A stretch of DNA of 64,000 nucleotides. Origin: Microbotryum violaceum (taxonomy: Eukaryota). Positions 13,402 to 25,778 of the stretch are shown here, in pieces; positions within the stretch are counted from its first letter, which is position 1, and each line of letters begins with the position of its first letter. The DNA is taken from NCBI GenBank assembly GCA_001244265.2, contig CDLV01000012.1, positions 806,001-870,000 of the forward strand, given 5' to 3'. The translations under genes were made by a program, and so were the position numbers. The notes beneath the pieces are model-generated. The model was not told where the DNA came from. It saw nothing but the letters and a program-made list of their open reading frames with translations, and did no database searches.

Positions 13402-16400
13402 CTATTCTGCGTTTTCTACTGCGGCTGCTGAAGAGTACTGCTGTTGTCCTGGGAGCGCCTCCAAGTCGGGCTCCTCGTCTTCATCATAAGTGTCGTTTCG
13501 GAGCTGAGGTCGCACCCACTTCTCCTTGGGATTGCGCTCGCACTTTTCCTCTCTCAAAACGGCCTCCCACGTTTGCTGGGAGATTTCGGTTGCTTGTATG
13601 ATCCCGGCTCGCGCTCCGAACGCCGACGTCGTCCCGACCTGCTCGGACCAGACCTTCCAGTGATCCCACCCCATCCGGTGATTAACCAAACGTAGGCAGT
13701 CCGCCAAAGTATGGTCCGGGAGCACAAACTCGGGATCCTGTAATTGCTTGATCGACGGCGCTGGGTCATCACCGGGAAGGAAATCGTACGTCGTGTCGTA
13801 AAAGTCGTCGCGGCGACAATTGTATACGTGGTCCACTACGCTGCCCGGGGGTGGGAGAATGCGGAGCGGGGGTTGACCGCTGGCGTTGTACGCGATCGCG
13901 CTGAGCAAAAGCGGGTGACACTGCGCCGGCAGGGGTCGGGCGTGGTGGATGTGCGTCAGGATCTTCAGGTGCGCACGGCTCACCATCATGGCGCGTGGAA
14001 GGAGATGGGTGTAGCGGGTGATGCCGGGCATCGGATTTTGCTCCAGGTGACTCCTGAACGTTTCGGGGTCTACGTCCAACGGCGGCGAGAACTCTTCCAT
14101 CACCGTCTCCGTGAAGAGTCCGACAAGGCGGTCCGGCTCGTCCAAAGCGTACGTGAGCAAGGAAGTCAAGGCCGACTGCAAATAGACAGAGAGATAAGAC
14201 GGTGAGTAAGAGCAGCCCGAAAAAACAGCATCGAGTGTGTCAAAGCTCACCTTGTCGAGTCGCACCGAATCGGCCAAGATCAAGACTCGGGGCGAGGTCC
14301 CCAAGGTGCTAATTTGCGAGAGACCCCGACCAGCTTTGGCGGCGCGAATCTTGACTTTGCGAGTGTAAGGTCGTTTCTCGTACAGGTCGACTGTCAGCAT
14401 CGACACGTCTCTGCGGAGGATTTCTTGGCTAGAGTCGAGCAAGCTCGACACGATCTGCTTCGTCCACTGCGTGAGGCCACCAAGGGTTTCGAGTACGACG
14501 ACAGACGAGCCGAAGAGATCTTGGGATGCAAATTTGGGCTTGATCAAGTGATGCCGCAACGGGTGGTTGATGACCGGAACGAGGTCGATCCATTTGACCC
14601 TCGAGTGCCGCGACAAACGACTGAACGTCTCCCATATCGAACATCGTGTGGCAGTCCAGGAGTTTTTTCCGAGATGCGACGTGTGGAACAAGAAGCCGAT
14701 CGTGTCCATCTCGGAGCGCGCGATCATCCTCTTGCCGAGGTCGAAGCGAACACCGTGGTTCGCCGTCGTGTTGGCCCGGAACACGATTAGATCATTCTCG
14801 GCGTCGATCTGGGCCATAAGATGCGCAATCGCATCTCGATCCGCAAAAAGCTTGTCGTCGTCGAGGTAGAGAACCCAACCCCTCGAATTTTCATCGATCA
14901 CAAGAGCGTCGAGGTCGTACATCAACGGGGCTGTCGAGTCGGTGGCACCGCATACACAATCCCAGTAGCGCTTCTTGGCAATCGGATCCAGGGGAGGGAG
15001 GGAGCACGATTTGACCCCGGTGAGACCCGGAACGGTCGCGGCGAGGTGCCCACATTTGTGGCAGAGTCGATCCCGGTCGGCGTCCAGGTCAAAGGTGACC
15101 GAAAGCACTTCGCGCTTCGGCCCCGCGGGTGGGAGGGTAACCCCCTCTTGTGCGACGACGAACTGCTTTCGGTTGGGGTATGTTTGCTGGTCGAACGAGT
15201 CGTAGAAGTCTTGGACAAAAGTCCCACGGACGATGCGCGACAATACAAAAACTCGTTCGCCATAGTGGTCGGGTATATCCTTGTGATTGATACAATCATG
15301 GGATTGAGAGGGACAATTTGGGTCAAAGAGGAGCTCCAAATCGCTCGCCTTGGGACTCGAGAGATGGGAGCTCGTGATCGGTGGGAAGGGTTTGTGCTTA
15401 GACTCGTCGGCATTGGCCGCCGTTTCGTTCGCGGCGAGAAGGTCAAAGTAGACATCATTGTACTCGTGCATGCCAGGGAACTCGATGCCCATCGACCTGC
15501 AAGAAAGAGGCAAATGGGACGCTGTCAGTAGGAAGAAACGGGGCAAGTGGAAGCGAGATAGGACTCACCAATGATGGGCGATTGCGATCGGCTGACTCGC
15601 ACACTTAACCTCTTTGCGCCGTCCGAGCCACTGGTAGTTGCAGCCACACGGCAAGATCTCAAAGTCCTCGGGTAACATGCGGATGTACGAGTTGATGAAA
15701 TCCTGCTCGCCCCAACGCGCTCGTCGCCCGACGGATCGATAGGTGCGGGCGACGGTGCGCACGTAGCGATCGGTGAACGCGGCCTCGCGCATGCGGTCGA
15801 GACGCATTAACGCGACGCCACCATTGACCTGCACCGTCTCGATCTCGTGTGCACTGGCGCAGTAGGCGTGCTCGTCAAAGTGGTCCGGCGAGTTGTTCTG
15901 CGGGATGTTGCCGCATTCGAGGCCCTCGGGAACGCGCCAGTGGAGCGCGATCGGCCAGCAGCGATCCGGGTACAGTTGGCAGGCGTCGCCCATGTCGATG
16001 CCCATCTTGAGCAGTACTCGCTGATCGTCGGACTCAGCGTAGCAGCTCGAGAGATCGCTCAATACCGTCACGTCCGTATCGAGGTAGAGCACTTTTTCGG
16101 CGTGTATGATGATCTTGGAGAGGAACATCTTGCAATGCGCGCTTATGTGGATGTCTTCGTCGGAGAAAGGCAGCACCGCAGCGGCGAATTTAGCACAGAG
16201 GCCATGATCGTACGTCGAGACGCCGTGTCCCGAGTCGGCGAAAAACTCGCGCAGCTGGTCGTGGAGTTTGGGTGGGGTCACGAGATGAAAGTGCAGGCTC
16301 GGTCGAGAGGTGAGGAATTTGATCGCCGACCGAATGACCTGCTTAGCCTGGTCGACCCGATTGGCATCAAAGACCAACGCGATGTTGAAGGCGGCGTCGA

Positions 16401-19400
16401 GGCTCAGCTTCGTACCAGACGAATCACCACCTTCGTCGTCGGCTGTCGGAACAGGGGACTCGGCCGCCTCCTTCGCGAGTTGTCCCTGACGCACGCGGTC
16501 TTGCTCGAGACGTTCGTTCCGGGACTTGGCGCTGGCGATCAGCTCGTTGCGTTTTGCGATATTGCTCCACGCGCGGCTGTTGATCTCGGCTTGCATGATC
16601 CCGAGGCCAATGTCGATGGCATCGCACTCGTCGGTCTCGAGGGGGTCGACCGAGATTGCGACGAGCGAGCCAGGCACGAGTTGCAAATCGACGCGAACCG
16701 TCTCGTCGGGGGAGTTCACGGTATTGATCTTGGCGTGGACCGTCCAATCCATGCTGTCGTCTATGCGGGAGGCGAACGTCACCTCCGTGCCGTCCCCGCA
16801 GTGATGCGAGGCCTGCAGCTTCATCTCGGCGACAACATCGAGCTCCTTGGGCGACTTGAAGATTTTGACCGCGGCGTAGCGCACCCCGCGCGTGTCGATG
16901 TAAGGTTTCACGCCGAGCGCACTGAGGTAGGGTTGACTCGCCGCCCGGTCAACACCCCACGACCCGTCCTCGGGGAACGCTTCGGCATGGTACTGCGGGT
17001 CGACCGTCGGTAGCTTGCCGACGGGGATGAACGAATAGTACCACCCCTGCCAGCCTTGCACAAACTCGAAATCACGACTCGAGTCGGCCGTTCGCGGGAT
17101 CGGCAACGGGCGGTCCATCTCACTCTTGGCGTACATAAGCAAATGCGCCAAACCCATCTCCTGTACGCGCTTGTCGGCCAACAAAGGAGCGAGGGCGTGG
17201 TAGTTGGCTTCCCACGGGTCCATCGAGAATTTCTTAAACACGTGCAAAGGCATCGGTGAGTGCCGGGGCAGGGTAAGCCAACCAGGCCACGGAGTAGCAA
17301 GCACTCACCATACTCTCCCGAGCCGGATCACTCCTGACCCAGATCAATTCCTCGGGAATGGCGAGGTGCTTGTAGCCCTTGAGCGTCAGCCGCGTCCAAA
17401 ACTGCCAATCCTCGGCTCCGAGTTCGCGCGAGGTCGAAAAGCCTCCGAGATCCTCAAAGACGGCACGCTCGACAAAGACGTTGCCGCTGCCAAACGAGTT
17501 CGTGATCAAGCCCAAACTCATTCCCGATCCGAGGAACCAATACGTTCTCCGATTGGGTATCACTTTGGTCGTCGTGAACAAGGGGTTCATGTCGGAAGCA
17601 AACTCGTCGAGCCACGTGGAAAGCGCTTTGGCGCCCGTGCGTCCAGCGACCTGGACGACGGTTTCGAGGTAGTGGGGCTTGAGGACGTCGTCGTCGTCGA
17701 GAAAGAGCAACCAGTTCCCCTTGGCCAGCGCGGCCCCACGGTTCCGCGCTTCCCCGAGGTACGAGTTCTCGATCGTGACAAAGTGCCAGTTCGACCTCGG
17801 GGTAAAATAGCGGGCTTCGATGTCGGCCAGAGCGGCTAGCGTCGGGTTCTTCTTGGATCCGTCGTCGACAAAGATAACCTCGTAGCATTCCCGCGTTTGA
17901 CCAACGATCGAATCGAGCATCTGGGTAACCAGACCAGCGCGTTCGTAATGTGTGACGATGATGCTGATGCGGGGTGCGAACGAAGGAACGGCAGGTTTCC
18001 ATTTGGACGGCGTGGGGATGCTCATGATCCAATCGTGAAAATTGACCCAGTCTTCCGCCGCGGTCACGGTCTCGGGTCGAGGTCGAATCTTTGGCCAGGC
18101 CGTCGAGCGTAGCGCTTTCACTTCTTGGGCAATCCTGTGAGCAAAAGGGGTCGCACGCGGCGCAAACAAGACCTTGCTGTGGTCCGCGGGGTGCACGAGT
18201 TCCGGAATTCCGCCGACGTCACTAGCGATGAACCGAGCGCCGTACGCGATGCATTCAAGCACGGTGCTGGGCGAGTTGTCGATCAAAGCAGGTAGCACGA
18301 CCAGACGTCTAGGATCGGTGATGTAGACCAGACCTTGCTCTCGATCGTAGTCTCGGAGAAACTGGACTTGCAAATCGACGTCAGAGTGATCGCGGAGGGC
18401 GTCCATCGCGTTTGAAATCAGCGCGCTCGCATCGATGTGGGATTTCGAGTCTTCAAAGTCTCGCCCGAGAAACGTGATTTTGGTGATCGAAGTCGGCGTC
18501 TCAATCGATGAAGTTCTCTCAAACAAGAGCTCGAGGGTCTCGAGAAAGAGGCGGGTCCCTTTGCGCTCCTCAAGTCGACCGAAAAACACGAGCTCGTTGA
18601 CGGGGTGCACGCCTCCACTCTCGCTGGACAGCCTCCGGTTTACGTTTGGCAGTGGCCGAGCGCCGACGATGTTGGGGATCACAAAGGCATGTTGCGGCAT
18701 CTTCCACCCTCGCTTTTTCAGATAGTCGAGCATGTACTCGCTCGGTGCGATGGCGACGTCGGCCATCTCGACCGTGCGCCGTTCAAACTCGGCTTTTTGG
18801 AACGAAAATTTGTCCTGTGGATAGAGCTTGTTGAGGATCGTCGCCCATTCGACGTCCGCACCGTGCAGACCGACGACAACGCGCGTATTTTGCAACATCA
18901 GACCCTGCTGCCGAGCGAGAGTAGGGAAATAGCCAATGCCGGTATTGTCAGGGAAATGAATAACGTCCCACTCGTTGTCGTGGGCCTGCAGGAAGGCGAG
19001 GATCTGGCGCGAAGCGAGGGCTGACCATGACGTCGGCCAAAAGGGCTGCGATTCTTCTTCCACGAAATGTAGGTTTATCCCTTGATCCGAGAGTCTGAAG
19101 GCGAGACACAGAATCAGGATGCTTCGCTAACACTTGGCAAGCTTGCGTAGGACGAGAGCGGACCCGGGCAGAGACTCACATCCGCGTCAGATTGCGCACT
19201 TGGCCCATCGGATAATCTTGCATCCGATTGGCGATGAGAATGTCGACATTGACTATAGTAGAGGAAGCCAGAGCTGTGGCGAGCTCGCGAAAGGCGGTAC
19301 CAATACCCCCGTTCTTGTGCAAACCGGCGAGTTCGGACGTGACAATTAGGGCACGCGTCGGAGTCCGATCCGGATGCAGGAGTCGCGGGTTCTTTTTCCA

Positions 19401-19805
19401 GGGCAGCTCAGCGCGAGGTGTGACAGGGTCGGGGTGATTGTGGTAACGATGCAGCAGTGACCCCCAGGTGTAATCGATCTCGTTCTTGGAGGACAGGGAT
19501 CGGCCCTTGAGGAAGTGACCGCTGTTGTGTGTTCTCCGCCGCGAAGGAGCCCATCGTTGCTCGTACACGCGCCTGGCCAGCAGGAAGAAGACCAGCGCCA
19601 ACAGAGAGAGCACGACCCAACGCAACAGGCGTCGAGGTCGACGGTAAAGCCTCTGCCTGAGCTTGACGTCGCGACTGGACCGTCGGCGGAGCGAGAAGCG
19701 CGACCTCGTCGTCGATCGGCCCGTCCTCGAGGTGAGCGCGCTCGGCTCGGAGTTTGGTAGCGAGGACGATCCATCTACCGTGTAAAAAGAGTGAGGCGGT
19801 AGCAT
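13402..19805 (-). CDS. Giant multi-domain glycosyltransferase (GT4-like + GT2 + GT8 + GT-A-like + GT64-like), type II membrane protein, ~2031 aa
   Basis: Exons 19805-19180, 19094-17309, 17232-15569, 15496-14251 and 14175-13402 total 6096 nt in frame. Motifs: TM (WVVLSLLALVFFLLA), GGIGTAF, VFFGRLEERKG, DNSPSTVLE, IIVTHYER, VDDGS, RNRG, LFLDDDD, YLDTD, VNGGV, GEQDFIN, YLDDDK. Confidence 0.85.
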
Positions 19806-20296
19806 CTCATCCCTGGGAACCGACGAAGCTGATCCAAGCGCAAGAAAGGTCGGGGGCAAATGAGCAGGACTATAAGGAGGGCGGAAGGAGGTCGGGGGTC
19901 GGCGTTCGAACTTTTGGACTTGGAACCGCAAGTTGACGCGACCTTAGAAAGCGATGAGGTAACGGTTCGGAGTTGCGGATCACTTGCCATTGGAAGTTGG
20001 AAAGAAGCAGGCACTCGAAGAAAATGCAGACCACTCTACTGGAATATTCGTGATTAGGTTTTGAGTTTTTGAACCAGCACAGCCAAAATAAAAAAATTAA
20101 AAAAATAAAAAGGCCTGGTCAATGCTGCCTGTATTTGACTGCTTAGTAAACGGTGCCGATTTTCACTGAGAGCTGAGCCTGAGCGGAACCCGCCGCCGTT
20201 ACGTTTTCCGTCCTCTCTGCCCTATGCCATATAACCCATGCCCGTCGTTTAGATACTGCAACCACGTCAACTTTGGCAACCCCCTCCTTGGCCACG
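19806..20296. promoter_or_regulatory. Putative bidirectional promoter with poly(dA) tract
   Basis: About 490 bp between divergent start codons, with an A-tract AAAATAAAAAAATTAAAAAAATAAAAA at about 20085-20111 in otherwise GC-rich DNA. Confidence 0.5.
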
Positions 20297-21567
20297 ATGA
20301 TGCGACTCCGGTTACGCTTCGGACGACGGAGTGTCCACGTGGCGCTGCCCTTGTTCGCCGTCGTGCTCATCTGGTCGTACTGGACTCTCGCGCCATCCTC
20401 AAGCCGGCTCTACGACCCCCGCACCTCGGCGATCCACAAGCCTTTACCGCAGCCACTTGGAGGACCCATCACAAGCTCCATCATCGTCCCCGCGTACAAG
20501 GAACGAGCCAATCTCCGACCGTTGACCGAGCGCATCTTCCAAGCTGTCCGGGACAAGGCCTCAGTCGAGCTCGTTATTGTCGATGACAACTCGGGGGATG
20601 GTACCGAGACAGAGATTTCGGATCTGAGGAACGAGGGTTACAACGTCGAGTTGCTGGTCAGGACCGGCGAGAAGGGGCTTAGCAGCGCCGTGCTGAGGGG
20701 GTTCGAGATCGCACGGGGCTCAAGCTTGATCGTCATGGATGCCGATCTTCAGGTCAGGAATCATTCGACTGAGAGCTTGAGATTGATTCCATTGCTAACG
20801 GGTGTCTTTACTTGTTGCAGCACCCGCCAGAGACAATCCAACCGCTGCTCGACTCGCTCAGCGACGAAATTCCGATCGCACTCGCAACTCGGTACGGTAA
20901 AGGGGTCAGCATGTCCAAAGGCTGGCCACTGTATCGCAGAGTGATATCGTGGGGGGCTCGAACACTTGCCAGGCCGTTGACGAGTGCCAGCGATCCCATG
21001 ACGGGCTTTTTCGCCATTCGCCGAGATCACGTGAGTTGCGGAGCGTCCGTTGGGTCGAGTAATGAAACGTCGAACGCATCACACGTAGCTCACACTTTGT
21101 GTCCAATCCTAAAACAGTTTTTGAAGTCACGCCCGATCAACTCGTCCGGGTTCAAGATCGCCCTCGAGTTGATGCTGAAAACTCCGCCGAGTCGGATCGC
21201 CGAATCGCCGTATTCGTTCGGGCTGCGACAAACGGGGACGTCCAAGCTGTCGTCCAAAGTGATGGTACGCTACGTCGGACAGCTCTTGACGCTGTACGCT
21301 TGGAAGATTGGGATCCTGTTCCATGTGCTTGTAGCGCTGGGGGTAGGTTTGGGGGTGCTCGGGCTCGAACAGGCGGTTGGTATCGTGCGGAGAAGAAAGG
21401 GCACAGGACCGATGTTGGTCGGACACATGTCAAGGGAGAGGAAGCCTATGTTTATCCCGGGCGGTGGAGGTGGGGGCGGAGGAGGTGGATTGCGGGGCAA
21501 CAGTAGGCAGTTGGGGTCGACGAGGAATTTGCCGCCGGCGGATCGGCATGGCAAGCGGATGATGTAA
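20297..21567 (+). CDS. DPM1: Dolichol-phosphate mannosyltransferase-like (GT2)
   Basis: SIIVPAYKERANL, IVDDNSGDGT, GLSSAVLRG, VMDADLQ|HPPE, RRVISWGA, SDPMTGFF, GFKIALEL, FGLRQTGTSKL. Introns at 20753-20820 and 21031-21117. Confidence 0.85.
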
Positions 21568-21795
21568 CAATAAGTGGTGATGACGAACATCATGATTTTC
21601 ACGACACGAGTAGTTATAATATGACGATTTCTTAAGGAAGAAGATGGTGCGCATGGATGCTACATCTTGTGACACGCACAAATCCGACCCGTCGGCCCTC
21701 ATCATCCGAGGGGCTCGTTGCGCTCCGGGTGCTTCGCAGGCTGCGATCACTTCTCAAGCTCCTGCTCACCTCGTCGCCGACTGACCAACTCAACG

Positions 21796-24700
21796 ATGAG
21801 CGCCACCACTTCCGCACCGCCACCTCGGCCCAGATTCAAGACAAGGTTAGTAACGTATCCCAACTTCTCTGTAGGATGGCACACAGCACATTGCACTGGA
21901 GCTAGCTCCAACTCGTGCGAAGCGACGTCTCCGGGAGATGAGCTCGACGGGCGAACGAATGAGGCGTAACGAATCCTCTCTTAGTGGCTTTCCAGCTACA
22001 GCAGAGCGTCATTACTGCTTTTGCTGCTCGATGACTAGGTCAAACAAGTCGAGCACCTCCGTTGCAGCGACGCGGATCGTTCTCGATTCCAAGCCCACAG
22101 TCGAGCTCAGCTGCCTTCAAGGCCCTCTCGAGCATGGAAAGAGGAATCAGAGCTCACATCAGTTCACCTTCGCACAGTTTCAAGGCCGTCCGAGCATACG
22201 AACCTATCCACACGGGCGGCAAAGTCGTGCTTTCCGGCGATGGATCCTGGCTCGTTTCGACACTGGACGACCAAGCGCTGGTTAGTGACATCGCAACGGG
22301 AGAACGGATACAGCTCCTAAAAGGCGTAAGTTTCATCCTTTTCCCTTATATGGCCTGCATTATCCCAACTGAACCCACCTCCCGCCTCAATCTTTCTCTC
22401 TATCAGGACTCGTCGGCGGTCACGACCTTGGCCATCACCCCGACCCCCGCCTCACCCAATGCAGGTGGTTACCTCTTGACCGCCTCCCGATCTTTGGCAC
22501 TCCACCTCTACTCGCTCCCTTCTTTGACCCTGCATCGCACCATCGCCAAGGCCCACTCGGCACCCATCATCACCTCCGCCGCGGACCCCTCGGGAAGGCT
22601 TTTCGCGACCGGTTCCGCCGACGGCATCGTCAAAGTCTGGGATGCAGAAAACGCTCACTGCACCCACGTCCTGCACGGCCACGGTGGTCTCATTTCGGCG
22701 CTCTTCTTCGATGTTGGCGCCGACGGCCGAGCGAGGTTGGTCTCGGGCGCTGACGACTGCAAAATCCGAGTGTGGGATCTGCACACGCGGGAATGTGTTC
22801 ACGTCCTCGATGGCCACACCTCGGTCGTGACGGGCTTGCAGGTCACCAAAGATGGCAAAAATTTGATCTCGGGTGGACGTGACCAGGTTGTCAACTTGTG
22901 GGATCTTGAAAGGGGAGTGCTGAGGAAGACAATGCCCGTTTTCGAGACGCTCGAAGCCGTCGGACTCGTCCAACTCCCGGATCAAGTCGCTGTATGGACG
23001 GCGGGTGACAAGGGCGTCATCCGGTTGTGGGACCTTCGAAATGGCGAGGAAGTCAACAAGGAGCAGCGAGGGAACGGCAAAGGGAAGGTCCACGAGGTCG
23101 TCCAGGTCATGTGAGTAGACTCGGCATCGGTCGCGCCACAATCGTTTATCTCACTTGTGCCCCGTTTCGATCTGCACGCAGTCACAACGCCACCACCTCG
23201 ACCTTGACGGCGGTCTATGTTGATCAAAATATTATTACTCGGAGTCTCCCGACCCTCGAGGTGCTTCGCCAGATCGTCGGCTACAACGATGAAGTCATCG
23301 ATGTCGCCTACCTCGCGCCGAGCCGGCCAGAGGACGAGTCCCATTTGGCCGTGGCGACGAATTCGGATCTAATCCGCGTCTATGATCTGGCTCGTTTCAA
23401 TACTTCTTTGTTGGAGGGGCACAATGACGTTGTGCTCTGCCTTGCGAGATCGACCGATGGTAGCCTTCTGGCGAGTGGCTCCAAGGACAAGACCGCGAGA
23501 GTATGGCGACCCAAGTCGTCGGGCAAAGGATGGGCGTGTGTCGCCAGTGCCGAAGGGCATGTCGAATCCATAGGCGCCGTCGCCGTTTCCAAGAAGGAGC
23601 GCAATTTCCTCGTCACGGCGTCGCAGGACCGAACGGTCAAGATATGGGATCTCGCTTCTGCATTAGGCGCTGAGGAGGAAGGCGAGGTCAAGGATGATGC
23701 GGTAACCGTGGCTTTGAAATCATTGACGACACAGAAGATTCATGACAAGGACATCAACTCGTTAGACATCTCACCCAACGATAGATTGCTTGTGTCCGGA
23801 TCCCAGGACCGTACGGCCAAGCTCTTCTCGATCACCTACACCGCCAAAACCAAATCCTCGCCACCGACCGCTGCTCTATCTCTTCTCGGTACTCTGAAAG
23901 GGCACAAGAGGGGTGTATGGAGCGTCAAGTTCTCGCCCGTCGACCAATGCGTGGCGACCGCTTCGGGTGACCGCACGATCCGCCTATGGAGCTTGGCCGA
24001 TTTCACTTGCGTCAAGACCTTCGAGGGGCATACCAACTCGGTGCTGAGGATCGACTTTTTGACTCGAGGGATGCAGCTCGCTTCGTGCGCCTCGGACGGA
24101 TTGGTCAAGGTTTGGAACGTCAAGGACGAGCAATGTGTGTCGACGCTCGACAACCACGATGAGAAGGTCTGGGCATTGACGGTTGCCAAGGATGAGAAGC
24201 ATCTCGTCTCGGGTGGTGCGGACTCGGTCATCACCGTCTGGCAAGACGTTACGGAGGAGGAGGAAAAGGCCAAGATTGAGGAGCACGAGGATCAAGTCCT
24301 GAAGGCGCAGGACTTTGAGAACTACCTCTCGATCAGGGACTACTCGAATGCGATACTGTTGAGTCTGTCCATGGACCAACCGAAGCGACTGCTCAAACTC
24401 CTGACCGAGGTCCGACTCGCAGCCTCGGAGGATTTGAAGAGCTACACCGGTTCGAGTCAGGTCGATCAGGTGCTGCAGTCGCTCGGTGATGTCGATCTAC
24501 GACAACTTTTGCTCTACGTCAAGGATTGGAACACGAATGCGCGCACGTCCGAGGTCGCTCAGGGTGTTCTCCACGCGATCCTCAAGCTTCATTGCGCCGA
24601 GAAGGTGCTCGAATGCCTCGATCCACAAAAGCCGAAAGAGGACCTGGACCAGGACGTCAACTTTGGCGTAGCAGACGATGAGGATGAGGATGAGTTCGTA

Positions 24701-24997
24701 AATGACGAGAAACGCAAGGAGCGACGACGAGAATTGGCGAAGAAGCGACGCACCGAGATCAAGGCTGGAGATTTGTTGCAGGCTTTGATACCGTATACGG
24801 AACGGCACTTGAGTCGGGCCGATAAGATGGTGCGCGAGAGTTATATCGTCGAGCACTTGCTGGGTCAGATGATCAGCTATGAGCTCGAGGCGGATGCCGT
24901 CAATGTGGCGAATGGCCTGCAAGCCATGGAGGTAGATCTCGATTTGGATAGAAATGATGCCGTAGCTGCTTGGGCGGATGAGGACGAGGAGGAATAA
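21796..24997 (+). CDS. UTP13: U3 snoRNA-associated WD40 protein Utp13/TBL3
   Basis: Spliced N-terminus RFKTS|FKAVRAYEPIHTGG, multiple WD repeats (GHKRGVWSVKFSP, GHTNSVL), and the Utp13 C-terminal domain (WNTNARTSEVAQ, ALIPYTERHLSR). Confidence 0.93.
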
Positions 24998-25778
24998 GAA
25001 TGCAAGTGATACCCTGTTGTACTCCTATTCCATTTTTTGAACCTCGCTTCGGATAATCGACGATGTGGTATGCCTAAGATACATGCACCATTCCGACAAC
25101 ATCATGTCCTAGTCTGGTTGGCGAACCTATCTCTTGCTACAAGACGAGACCGTGCAGAGTCCAGACGTCTGATCCGAAATCCAAAGGTCAACGATTTAAA
25201 GCTCCAACTTTCGATTTATTGACGACCCGAATGCGGGTACACTAGGGCTCCATCTCCCTTCCTTTGTTCTGCTACTCGAAGTACCATCCCCTTCCGCAGC
25301 GCAACATCCTGTGTAGCGCGGAAAGCATCGGAGCTACGAGAGCGGAGCGTGCCTAATATTCCGTTGGCCAACGCACCTCGCTCGCCCACGCTACCTTCAA
25401 GCCACACCGGACATCGAAAGCTTCGAACTTTTCGTTTCCCTTTCAAGCGTTCGAATTGGCGCTACTATACTGTCCGCATTCAGGTAGGTAGGCTCCTCGT
25501 CCACAAGGTCTCGAACCCGAGGGATTTGATCAATTCTCGCTCTTTGGTGGAGCACGGCCGCCGCCGCCGCGAGGAGGCCTCGTTCTATCATGCACACGAT
25601 CAGTGGCAGCAGGCCGAGAGCCTGAGTGTGCTCACAAAGTCTGATATTTGGCCCTCGTAGATCCGAGAGCCGAGTACCATGCATGTGTTATCAGTTTCAG
25701 TATTCTAGTTGTATTCACATTCGACCTGACTACGGTATTGCCTCATTGAAACCGTCATCGATGACGTCATTCATATAC

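Noticed and set aside
15847-17013. 388-aa + strand ORF and similar long antisense ORFs (9213-10295, 33311-34228, 39368-40234)
   Set aside because: They lie antisense to well-supported genes and are explained by codon bias in GC-rich coding DNA.
25216-25684. Short ORFs between UTP13 and the AKR
   Set aside because: No recognisable motifs or consistent exon structure.
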